A stretch of DNA of 64,000 nucleotides from an uncultured Gammaproteobacteria bacterium (GTDB taxonomy: Bacteria; Pseudomonadota; Gammaproteobacteria; Steroidobacterales; Steroidobacteraceae). The position numbers and the translations under genes are program-made. Below the pieces are notes generated by a model, which was given only the letters and a program-made list of their open reading frames with translations, made no database searches and was not told the DNA's origin. The stretch is taken from assembly GCA_963760725.1 (NCBI GenBank), contig CAVXET010000039.1:63497-127496 (forward strand), read 5' to 3'. Below are positions 41,396 through 49,739 of the stretch, piece after piece (positions within the stretch are counted from its first letter, which is position 1; every line of letters begins with the position of its first letter).

Positions 41396-41450
41396 CCGGG
41401 ACCCCGCGAGTGAGCGCATCAAGTTCCGGCGCGAACGAGCGGGGTCCCGG
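41396..41450. repeat. Palindromic repeat element, copy 3
   Basis: CCGGGACCCCGC-GAGTGAGCGCATCAAGTTCCGGCGCGAACGA-GCGGGGTCCCGG has a perfect 12-bp stem and a 31-nt loop. Confidence 0.8.
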
Positions 41451-41733
41451 CAGCGAAGTCCGGGTGCCGTGCATCCGCAACCGGCGCACTCTCCGCGAGC
41501 ACGCGTGGATGCATCGAGTCGTGTGCAAAAAGCGAAACGGGTGCGCCGGCGTGTCCGACAAAGGCGGGTTGAGCGATGTCGCTGGCCGGCGACAAGCGCG
41601 CGCGCCGCTTTCCCCTGCCCCGCTGATACGTTACGATCCGCATCGCCACCGCGCGGGGAGGAAGGACCGCCGGCGCCGTGCATCCGCGGAAGCGGCTTGT
41701 AACGTTCCATGCAACCTTATGGAGAAAAATCTC

Positions 41734-42045
41734 ATGTCCAACATCCTGAAGGTGGGCGTCGCTGCCGCCGTACTCGCCCTGGGCGCCGGCTGCACCGATC
41801 TGAAGCCCTTGCAGGCAGAAGTCGACTCGCTCAAGTCGCAGGTCGCCAAGCTGTCAGGTGACCTCGACGGCGTGAAGACCTCGGCTGACGGCGCAAGCCG
41901 TGCTGCCGCTGCTGCACAGCAGGCTGCCACCTCGGCGCAGAACACGGCCAATCAGGCTGCGTCTGCGGCGCAGGCGGCGCAGCAGTGCTGCGATGCGAAC
42001 AGCGAGAAGCTGAATCGCATGTTCGAAAAGTCGATGTCGAAGTAA
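41734..42045 (+). CDS. Braun-type (Lpp-like) alanine-zipper outer-membrane lipoprotein
   Basis: A GGAGA sits 9 nt upstream of the ATG. MSNILKVGVAAAVLALGAGC provides the lipobox LGAGC. A coiled-coil region follows (LQAEVDSLKSQVAKLSGDLDGVKTSADGASRAAAAAQQAATSAQNTANQAASAAQAAQ), and the protein ends ...NSEKLNRMFEKSMSK with a C-terminal Lys as in E. coli Lpp. Confidence 0.78.
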   Translation: MSNILKVGVAAAVLALGAGCTDLKPLQAEVDSLKSQVAKLSGDLDGVKTSADGASRAAAAAQQAATSAQNTANQAASAAQAAQQCCDANSEKLNRMFEKSMSK

Positions 42046-42065
42046 GTCGACGTCGCAAGCCGATA

Positions 42066-42104
42066 AAAGGCCCCGCGGTGGCGACACCGCGGGGCTTTTT
42101 CTTT
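42066..42104. terminator. Rho-independent, probably bidirectional terminator between lpp-like and ldt genes
   Basis: AAAAG-GCCCCGCGGTG-GCGA-CACCGCGGGGC-TTTTTCTTT: an 11-bp GC stem and 4-nt loop, with a T-run downstream and an A-run upstream. Confidence 0.85.
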
Positions 42105-42118
42105 CTGGTGCGGCGTGA

Positions 42119-43063
42119 CTACTGCGCGGGTGAGAGCGCCGCGGTACGCGGGGGCTGCGTGGCGACGGCCGTCGGGATGCCGCGGGCCTCGCGCCAGATG
42201 CGCTCCGCGCCCATCCAGTCGATCGCGAGCGGCTCTTCCCGCGTCGCCTCGACCAGCAGGCGCGTGAGGTCGGTCAATGACGGCGGCGTGCCCGCATCCT
42301 CCTGCAACGGCGGATGCACCTCGATCAGCAGCTCGCCGTCGTGCCATCCCCACTTGTAGGGCTGGTTCACGATCATGACCGGCGTGCCGATCGGCACCAT
42401 GCCATAGAGCGTCTCGATGTCCTCCGGATAGAGCCGCATGCAGCCGTGAGTCACCTGCATGCCGATACCCGCCGGCCGGTTGGTGCCGTGGATCAGGTAG
42501 GCGCCGCCCGGGATCCCGAGTGCCATCTTGTAACGCCCCATCGGGTTGTCCTCACCGCCGGGCACGACCTCCGGCAGAGGCTCGCCCCGCTTCTCATGTT
42601 CTTCGCGCACCGACTTCGGCGGAATCCACGGCGCGTCCTTGGCCTTGGAGACGATCGTCGTCCGACCGAGCGGCGTGTTCCAGTCCATCTTCCCGATGCT
42701 GACCGGGAAGGTGTGCACGACGGGCGGCTTTCCGGCCGCGACCGGCGGATACCAGTAGAGGCGGTGCTCCGGCAGGTTGATCACGATCCCGGTCCGCGGC
42801 GCCCGCGGCAACAGGCGCCGCTTCGGCACCACCACCGCGGTACCCGCGCCCGGCAGCCACGGGTCGATGCCCGGGTTCGCGTTGGTAATCTCCTCGTAGC
42901 CGAGGCCATAGCGGCGCGCGAGATCGAGCAGCGTGTCTTCGGCTTCCGTCGCCGTCGTGACCGTCTCGCCGATCACGTCGCTTTCCGTCGGCGGCAACGG
43001 GAATTCGCCCGCTCCCGCAGGCAGCGTGACGAGGAAGACGAACGTCGTGATCAAGGACCGCAT
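42119..43063 (-). CDS. L,D-transpeptidase (YkuD/ErfK/YbiS/YcfS family)
   Basis: MRSLITTFVFLVTLPAGA (signal peptide), a LysM-like segment DTLLDLARRYGLGYEEITNANPG, and the YkuD core INLPEHRLYWY...FPVSIGKMDWNTPLG...GAYLIHGTNRPAGIGMQVTHGCMRLYPEDIE with the catalytic HGC motif. Confidence 0.88.
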   Translation of the reverse strand: MRSLITTFVFLVTLPAGAGEFPLPPTESDVIGETVTTATEAEDTLLDLARRYGLGYEEITNANPGIDPWLPGAGTAVVVPKRRLLPRAPRTGIVINLPEHRLYWYPPVAAGKPPVVHTFPVSIGKMDWNTPLGRTTIVSKAKDAPWIPPKSVREEHEKRGEPLPEVVPGGEDNPMGRYKMALGIPGGAYLIHGTNRPAGIGMQVTHGCMRLYPEDIETLYGMVPIGTPVMIVNQPYKWGWHDGELLIEVHPPLQEDAGTPPSLTDLTRLLVEATREEPLAIDWMGAERIWREARGIPTAVATQPPRTAALSPAQ

Positions 43064-43101
43064 GCGTGAATGGACCGCCTTGTCCGCCGCGGGTTTCCGC
43101 G

Positions 43102-44076
43102 TCAGTAGCGTATCAGCGCGGATCCCCAGGTGAAACCGCCGCCGAATGTCTCGAGCAGCAGCAGCTGGCCGCGGTGGATGCGGCCGTCCCGCACCGCCGT
43201 GTCGAGCGCGAGTGGGATGGAGGCGGCTGAAGTATTGCCATGGTTCTGCACGGTGACGACGACTTTTTCCATCGGCAGGCCGAGCTTCTCGGCCGCCGAC
43301 TGGATGATGCGCAGGTTTGCCTGGTGCGGCACCAGCCAGTCGATGTCGCCCCGCTCCACGCCGTTCTTCGCGAGGGTCTCGTCGACGAGCTTCGACAACG
43401 TGCGCACCGCAACCTTGAAGACCTCGTTGCCCTGCATCGTGAGGCCGGCGGTCGAATTGTTGCGGAGCGTGTCGAACCCCTTCGACACGCCGTAAGGGAA
43501 GTACAGCAGGTCCTGGTACTTGCCGTCCGAATGCAGGTGCGTCCCGATGATGCCGGGCTCGTCCGCGGGCGTCAGCACGACGGCCCCGGCGCCGTCGCCG
43601 AACAGGACCGCGGTGCCGCGGTCGGTCCAGTCGATGAAGCGCGACAGGCACTCCACGCCGACGACGAGCGCGCACTTCGACTCGCCGCAGCGCACGTACT
43701 TGTCGGCGATGGAGAGCGCGTAGACGAATCCGCTGCAGGCGGTCTCGAGTGAAAACGCCGGGCAGCCGTGGATGTCGAGGCGTTGCTGGAGCAGCGTCCC
43801 GGTGTTCGGGAAGATCAGGTCGGGCGTGGTCGTGCCGACGACGATGAAGTCGACGTCCGCCGGCGACATGCCGGCCGCTTTCAGCGCGCGGCGTGCCGCG
43901 TGCTCGGCGAGCGACGAGCTCGTCTCGTCAGGTGCCGCGATGTGGCGCCGCTCGATGCCAGTGCGCGTGCGGATCCACTCGTCGCTGGTGTCGATCGTCT
44001 TCGCCAGGTCCGCGTTGGTGACGATCTTTTCCGGCAGGTAACTGCCGGTACCGGCGATGCGCGAGTAGCGGTTCAT
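43102..44076 (-). CDS. fabH: 3-oxoacyl-ACP synthase III (FabH)
   Basis: [45 protein letters not shown]...[16 protein letters not shown] (active Cys)...[10 protein letters not shown]...[12 protein letters not shown]...[13 protein letters not shown]. Confidence 0.95.
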   Translation of the reverse strand: MNRYSRIAGTGSYLPEKIVTNADLAKTIDTSDEWIRTRTGIERRHIAAPDETSSSLAEHAARRALKAAGMSPADVDFIVVGTTTPDLIFPNTGTLLQQRLDIHGCPAFSLETACSGFVYALSIADKYVRCGESKCALVVGVECLSRFIDWTDRGTAVLFGDGAGAVVLTPADEPGIIGTHLHSDGKYQDLLYFPYGVSKGFDTLRNNSTAGLTMQGNEVFKVAVRTLSKLVDETLAKNGVERGDIDWLVPHQANLRIIQSAAEKLGLPMEKVVVTVQNHGNTSAASIPLALDTAVRDGRIHRGQLLLLETFGGGFTWGSALIRY

Positions 44077-44110
44077 GGAGGGGCCAGCAGCCGCGTGGCG
44101 GGTACCGGTC

Positions 44111-44305
44111 CTACTCCTGTCCCGTGTCCTCTGCCGGCACGTCGATCACCTTGCGACCGCGGTAGAAGCCGTCGCGGCTCACGCGGTGGCGAAGATGCGT
44201 CTCGCCGGTGGTCGGGTCCTTCGAAAGCGCCGGCTTCTTGAGGCCGTCGTGCGAACGGTGCATGCCGCGCTTCGACGGTGTCTTTCGGCTTTTTTGAACG
44301 GGCAT
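44111..44305 (-). CDS. rpmF: 50S ribosomal protein L32
   Basis: [53 protein letters not shown]. It lies directly downstream of yceD. Confidence 0.93.
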   Translation of the reverse strand: MPVQKSRKTPSKRGMHRSHDGLKKPALSKDPTTGETHLRHRVSRDGFYRGRKVIDVPAEDTGQE

Positions 44306-44320
44306 CGGACTCTCTCCAGA

Positions 44321-44836
44321 TCAGTGTTTCAGCAAATCCTTCAAACCCGCGAACGGCCTGCGCATTTCGGGCGTCTCCGCCACCGGCTCGTTCATCAGGC
44401 CTGCCGGGGCCGTTGCCAGCCCGCAGGTATCGCCCGCCTCATGATGCGGGATGAGCGGCAATCCCAGCAGCAGCTCGTCCTCGACCAGTGCCGCGAGGTC
44501 GAGCTTGCGGGGATCGCCCCCGATCGCTTCGAACCCCCCCGGCAGTTCCGGCGCGCCTTCCTCCGCGAACACGAGGTTCGACTCCAATGACAGCTTTTGC
44601 TGCATCGGACCGAGGCAACGCTGGCACGTAAGCACGAGATCCGCAGTCACCGCGAGCCGCACCACCGGCCAGTGTCCCTGCAATCCGAACTCGGCTTGTG
44701 CCATCACGGTCCCGGCAGGCTCAGCCAGCCGGTCGCTCAAGCGTTCGAAGGCGGCGACCTGGAACTCGCGTTCCACCCGCGCCGCGCTCCGAGCCAAACC
44801 GAGCGCATCGAGCGACCGATCGGGGGGCATCGACAT
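44321..44836 (-). CDS. yceD: YceD family (DUF177) 23S rRNA accumulation protein
   Basis: The sequence reads ...VVRLAVTADLVLTCQRCLGPMQQKLSLESNLVFAE...DLAALVEDELLLGLPLIPHHE...PFAGLKDLL, and the gene is in the conserved yceD-rpmF arrangement. Confidence 0.85.
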   Translation of the reverse strand: MSMPPDRSLDALGLARSAARVEREFQVAAFERLSDRLAEPAGTVMAQAEFGLQGHWPVVRLAVTADLVLTCQRCLGPMQQKLSLESNLVFAEEGAPELPGGFEAIGGDPRKLDLAALVEDELLLGLPLIPHHEAGDTCGLATAPAGLMNEPVAETPEMRRPFAGLKDLLKH

Positions 44837-44917
44837 GGGGGCGGTATCATAGTGACCGTGCACCGGAGTGTCAAAGAACTCCCTGCGCAAATCATTGTTT
44901 TTTAAGCACTGAGTGCC

Positions 44918-45511
44918 ATGGCACCTGCCCTCATCCTGGCTTCGACTTCGCGCTACCGGGCCGACCTCCTCGGCCGGCTGGGCCTCGCTTTCGAGGCCGT
45001 CGCTCCCGGCGTCGACGAAGCGCCCCAGGGCGGCGAGTCGCCGCGCGCGCGGGCACTGCGCCTGGCGAAAGCCAAGGCCGATGCCGTCGCGAAGCGGTTT
45101 CCAGGCAGCTGGGTCATCGGATCGGACCAGGTAGCCGACCTGGGAGGCCGGATTCTCGACAAGCCCGGCGATGCGGCGCGCTGCCGCGCGCAACTGGCCG
45201 CGGAAAGCGGAAGCGTCGTCGAGTTCCATACGGCCGCGGTCCTGCTGCGACAGGAATCGCGTTCCGTTTTCGAGCACGTCGACCGGACTGCCGTGCGATT
45301 TCGCACGCTGTCCGTGGACGAGATTGCGCGCTACGTCGAACTCGACCGCCCGTTCGATTGCGCCGGCGGCTTCCGCAGCGAGGGACTCGGCGCGGCCCTG
45401 TTCGAATCGATGGAAACGCGTGACCCGGCCGCGCTTGTCGGGCTGCCGCTGATCTGGCTCGCGGGCGCGCTGCGCGCCGCCGGGCTCGATGCGCTCGCGC
45501 CTCAGCCCTGA
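44918..45511 (+). CDS. Maf-like nucleoside triphosphate pyrophosphatase (YceF-type)
   Basis: MAPALILASTSRYRADLLGRLGLAFEAVAPGVDE...WVIGSDQVADLGGRILDKPGD...RYVELDRPFDCAGGFRSEGLGAALFESMETRDPAALVGLPL. The gene is divergent from yceD, as in enterobacteria. Confidence 0.88.
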   Translation: MAPALILASTSRYRADLLGRLGLAFEAVAPGVDEAPQGGESPRARALRLAKAKADAVAKRFPGSWVIGSDQVADLGGRILDKPGDAARCRAQLAAESGSVVEFHTAAVLLRQESRSVFEHVDRTAVRFRTLSVDEIARYVELDRPFDCAGGFRSEGLGAALFESMETRDPAALVGLPLIWLAGALRAAGLDALAPQP

Positions 45512-46476
45512 CTCACCGCTTCGCCCAACCGCTCCAGCACGCCCCGCAATTCGGCCGGCAAGGCCGCCTCGGCCCGGAAAGCCGCGCCCGTATCCGGCCA
45601 GCGGAACGCGATCGACGATGCGTGAAGGAACATGCGGCGCAAGCCGAGCGCGCGCAGGCGCGCATTGCTTTCCCGGTCGCCATACTTCTCGTCGCCCGCG
45701 ACCGGATGGCCCGCGAAGGCCGAATGCACGCGGATCTGGTGCGTGCGCCCGGTGCGGATCGCGACATCCATCAGGGTCGCCAGGTCGCGATAGTGACTGA
45801 CGACGTTGAAATCGGAGAGCGCGACCTTGCCCGCGCGATGGACGCGCACCACGCGTTCGCCGCCCTCGCGCGTGTTCGTGAGCACCGGGGCGTCGATCGT
45901 CTTGCGGCCGAGCCGCCAGCGGCCGGCGACGAGCGCAGCGTAGTGTTTCTCGACGGTGCCCTCGCGCAGCAATGCGTGGGCGAGGCGCAAGGCCGGCCGC
46001 GTGCGCGCGACGAGCAGGCAGCCGCTGGTGTCCCGATCGAGCCGATGCACGAGCTCCAGCGATTCGTCCGGGCGCAGTGCACGCAGCGCCTCGATGGCGC
46101 CGAACGACAATCCGGAACCGCCGTGGACCGCGAGGCCCGCCGGCTTGTCGAGCACGAGCAGGCGCGCGTCCTCGTGCACGATCGCGGCCTTCACGGTCGC
46201 GAGCAGGCCGTCCGGTAGGCGCTTCGGCGCCGAGTCCGGCGCCGGGGGCTCCCGCACGGGAGGCAGGCGCACTTCGTCGTCGGCTGCCAGGCGGTAGTCC
46301 GCCTGCTTGCGCTTGCCGTTGACGCGGACCTCCCCGCGGCGCAGCAGCCGGTAGACCCGGCTCCGCGGTACCCCGGCCAGCTCGCGCAGCAGGAAATTAT
46401 CGAGTCGCTGTCCCTCGGATCCCGCGCCGGCCCGCACTCGCCGCACGCCAACCGGTTGATTTCGATCCGCCGTCAC
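45502..46476 (-). CDS. rluC: 23S rRNA pseudouridine synthase RluC (RluA family)
   Basis: An S4 domain (QRLDNFLLRELAGVPRSRVYRLLRRGEVRVNGKR), the catalytic motif LVHRLDRDTSGCLLVA, and MDVAIRTGRTHQIRVH. The gene is divergent from rne, as in E. coli. Confidence 0.85.
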   Translation of the reverse strand: MTADRNQPVGVRRVRAGAGSEGQRLDNFLLRELAGVPRSRVYRLLRRGEVRVNGKRKQADYRLAADDEVRLPPVREPPAPDSAPKRLPDGLLATVKAAIVHEDARLLVLDKPAGLAVHGGSGLSFGAIEALRALRPDESLELVHRLDRDTSGCLLVARTRPALRLAHALLREGTVEKHYAALVAGRWRLGRKTIDAPVLTNTREGGERVVRVHRAGKVALSDFNVVSHYRDLATLMDVAIRTGRTHQIRVHSAFAGHPVAGDEKYGDRESNARLRALGLRRMFLHASSIAFRWPDTGAAFRAEAALPAELRGVLERLGEAVSQG

Positions 46477-46866
46477 GGAGAGTCTCTAACGTGTTGATTT
46501 TCCGGGCGCATCTGATATCTTAACCGTCAGTCAGGTCTTACGGCGCAGGCTTCACGAAGCGAAGCGTGGCCGCTGACCGGTACGCGGTCACTCCCCCATC
46601 AGGCCCGTTCAATCGTGGTGTCGTGGCGGGCAGGCCGCATGTTAGTTGGTCCGGCTGGTCCGGACCATCGCCGGCCCTTCGTTCGGATGTGATGTTCCCC
46701 GCGCGTGTCGACCAAAGTGGTTCGTGCAGGAGCGATTCAAACCGCAGCCAGTCGCTGCGGCCCGCTCGCGTGCGCCCCCGGTCCACGCCTGCGGTGATGC
46801 CGACATTTCCCATGAAAGCACGTGACATCCCTCGCGACAGGGCCCCAAGCACCTTGGATGGGGCAC
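46477..46866 (+). promoter_or_regulatory. Long non-coding rluC/rne intergenic region; probable rne promoter plus structured 5' leader
   Basis: There are 390 nt without a credible ORF immediately upstream of rne. E. coli rne has a long autoregulatory 5' UTR in the same position. The structure was not computed here. Confidence 0.4.
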
Positions 46867-49267
46867 ATGAAGAGAATGCTTATCAACGCGACTCAGCAGG
46901 AGGAGTTGCGCGTCGCTCTGGTTGACGGCCAGAAGCTGTACGACCTGTCGATCGAGTTACCGTCCCGCGAGCAGAAGAAAGGCAACGTTTACAAGGCGCG
47001 CGTCACGCGCGTCGAACAGAGCCTCGAAGCCGCTTTCGTCGAATACGGCGCCCAGCGCCAGGGCTTCCTGCCGATCAAGGAAGTCGCGCGCGAGTATTAC
47101 CGCTTCCAGCCGGCGCCCGGCGCCCGCTTCAACATCCGCGACGTGCTGCAGGAGGGCCAGGAAATCCTCGTGCAGGTCGAGAAGGAAGAGCGCGGCAACA
47201 AGGGCGCGGCACTCACGACCTTCATCAGCCTGGCGGGCCGCTTCCTGGTCCTGATGCCGAACAATCCGCGCGCCGGCGGCGTATCGCGCCGCATCGAGGG
47301 CGAAGAGCGCGACGTCACCAAGGATTCGCTCGACCAGCTGCACGTGCCGGACGGCATGGGCACTATCGTGCGCACGGCGGGCGTCGGACGCAGCCCCGAA
47401 GAGCTCCAGTGGGACCTCGACAACCTGCGGGCCAACTGGGATGCGATCGTGACCGCCGCGGGCGAACGCGCCGCGCCGTTCCTCGTCTACCAGGAGAGCG
47501 ACGCCGTCACACGCTCACTGCGCGACTACCTGTCGGATGACATCGGCGAGGTGCTGATCGACGAACCGGGCGCCCACCAGCGCGCGATCGAGTACGTGCA
47601 GCGCTTCCAGTCGGGGGATGGCGCCAAGCAGCTCAAGCTCTATACCGACGAAGTCCCGCTGTTCACGCGCTTCCAGATCGAGAGCCAGATCGAGTCGGCC
47701 TACTCGCACTCGGTCACCCTGCCCTCCGGCGGCAGCATCGTGATCGACTACACCGAAGCGCTGGTGTCGATCGACATCAACTCCGCGCGCGCGACGCGTG
47801 GCTCGGACATCGAGGCGACCGCCTACAACACGAACCTCGAGGCTGCGGACGAGATCGCCCGGCAGCTGCGGCTCCGCGACCTTGGCGGGCTGATCGTCAT
47901 CGACTTCATCGACATGGAGTCGAAGAAGAACCAGCAGGGCGTCGAAGACCGACTGCGCGATGCCGTGCGTTCCGACCGCGCGCGCATCCAGCTCGGGCGC
48001 ATCTCGCGCTTCGGCCTCATGGAAATGTCGCGGCAGCGCCTGCGGCCGTCGCTTGGCGAGTCGACGCACATGGCCTGCCCGCGCTGCAGCGGGATGGGCT
48101 CGATCCGCAGCGTCGAATCCATGGCGCTCGCCGTGCTGCGCCTTATCGGCGAGGAAGTCCGCAAGGACCGCACCACCCGGGTCGTCGCCCAGCTGCCGGT
48201 CGACGTCTCGACCTTCCTCATCAACGAAAAGCGCGAGTGGTTGCACCAGCTCGAGAGCGCGCGCGAGATCGACATCGTGCTCGTGCCTGACACGAACATG
48301 CAGACGCCGAATTACTCGATCCGCCGCGTGCGCGACGACGAGATTGACGCTGCCCGAGAATGCGAAGACGAGCTACCAGATGGCCGGGACCGGCACCAAG
48401 GAGCTCGACTTCCAGACCCAGGCGGACAAGCGACCCGCCGCCGCCCCCGCGGCGGTGCAGCCGATCGCACCCACGGCGCCGGCCCCGACGCCCGCAGCGC
48501 CGCCTGCCGCACCGGAAGCGCGCCGCCCGGGATTCTGGGCGTGGCTGCTCGGCCTGTTCCGTGGCAGCGCCGCGAGCGAACCGGCCGAAGCGCCCGCCCC
48601 GGCACGTCGCGAAGAGCAGCGGCCGGGTGGCCGTCATCGCCGCGATCATCGCGAGGAGTCTGGCAATCGCCGACCGCATCGCGGCGATCGCGAGCGTGGC
48701 CCGCGTCATGACCGGGATCGCGACCGGGACAGGAACCGCAATCGCAACCGCGATCGGGACCGGAACCGCGACGGCGAACGATCGGAGAACCCGGACCGTC
48801 CGCGTGGCGGCGAAGGGCGCGACGACGGTAACCGGCAGCGTGAGCGGCAGCCCGAGGCGCCGCGTGCGCCGCAGGCCGCGCAGCCGCCGCGGCAGCCGCC
48901 GCGGCAGGAGCCGCGACAGGAACCGAGTCAGGAACCGCAATCGGGCGAAGGAGATCCCCAGCGTCGCCGTCGGCGCCGCCGCGGTCGCGGAGGCCGCGGC
49001 CGTCAGGAAAGCTACCGGCCGACCGACACGCAGCCGATCACCGTGCCGGTGCATGGCGGCGTCGATTCCCCGGGCCAGGCTGCGCCGCCAGTTGCGGCGA
49101 GCCCGTCACCGGCAAACGACACGTACTCGCATCCGACGGCTCCGGCATCGGTACCTGCGCCGGCTCCGTATGAATCGTCGGCGCCTGAAACGCCCAAGGC
49201 GGGATCGAGCTATACGGTCTGGTCGTCCTCGCCCGGCGAGGGCCAGCACTTCGACCCGAAGGAATGA
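46867..49267 (+). pseudogene. rne: Ribonuclease E; 1 frame break at the junction of the catalytic and scaffold halves
   Basis: [61 protein letters not shown]...[29 protein letters not shown]...[11 protein letters not shown]...[12 protein letters not shown] (frame of ORF 46822-48711). After about 48350 the frame of ORF 47960-49267 carries the Arg/Pro-rich scaffold ([45 protein letters not shown]...). Confidence 0.92.
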
Positions 49268-49268
49268 G

Positions 49269-49739
49269 TCAGGCGCGCGCGGCCAGAGACGACAGCAGGC
49301 CGCGCGCGCCCTCCTCCACCAGGTCCAGAACTTCCTCGAAGCCGGTCGCTCCGCCGTAGTAAGGATCGGGCACGTCGCGTCGGTCGAGCCCGGGCGCGAA
49401 TTCCATGAACAGCGCGAGTCGCGCCGCCTGCGCGCGCGGCGCCAGTCGCTGCAGTCGCCCGTAGACTTCCTCGTCCATCGCAACCACGAGGTCGAACAGG
49501 CCGAAATCGCCGGCCTCGACCACGCGCGCGCGCAGCGTGCTGAGGTCATAGCCGCGACGCCGGGCGGCGGCAATCGAGCGCTCGTCGGGCGGGCTGCCGG
49601 TGTGGTACCCGTGCGTACCCGCCGAGTCGACTTCGAGTGCGAGGTCGGGCCGCTCGCGACGCGCGAGCTCGCGAACGACGGCTTCCGCCGTCGGCGAACG
49701 GCAGATGTTGCCGAGGCAGACGAAGAGCACGCGGGTCAT
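49269..49739 (-). CDS. Low-molecular-weight protein-tyrosine phosphatase
   Basis: MTRVLFVCLGNICRSPTAEAV contains the CX5R(S) P-loop, and DVPDPYYGG contains the DP general acid. Confidence 0.9.
   Translation of the reverse strand: MTRVLFVCLGNICRSPTAEAVVRELARRERPDLALEVDSAGTHGYHTGSPPDERSIAAARRRGYDLSTLRARVVEAGDFGLFDLVVAMDEEVYGRLQRLAPRAQAARLALFMEFAPGLDRRDVPDPYYGGATGFEEVLDLVEEGARGLLSSLAARA

Noticed and set aside
38262-41450. Conserved peptide SERIKFRRER / ERSIKFRRSEG appearing in ORFs 41286-41702, 37317-38393 and 38254-38490, as if it were a small conserved protein
   Set aside because: The shared peptide is simply the translation of the conserved hairpin loop. The surrounding ORFs are GC-artefact frames with no start or RBS context and they overlap real genes. 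The element occurs in both orientations, which fits a structural nucleic-acid repeat rather than a coding one.
44111-44305. An unusual C-terminal extension of ribosomal protein L32 (…[15 protein letters not shown])
   Set aside because: The extension is only a few residues beyond typical L32 length. Short acidic tails vary among lineages, so this is not distinctive enough to report.
48640-48900. Tandem-repeat or CRISPR-like periodicity in the DNA (GACCGG/GATCGC/AACCGC units)
   Set aside because: It lies inside the rne coding frame and encodes the RD/RN/PRQ low-complexity scaffold. There are no spacers of unique sequence and no cas genes. I saw no CRISPR array anywhere in the window.
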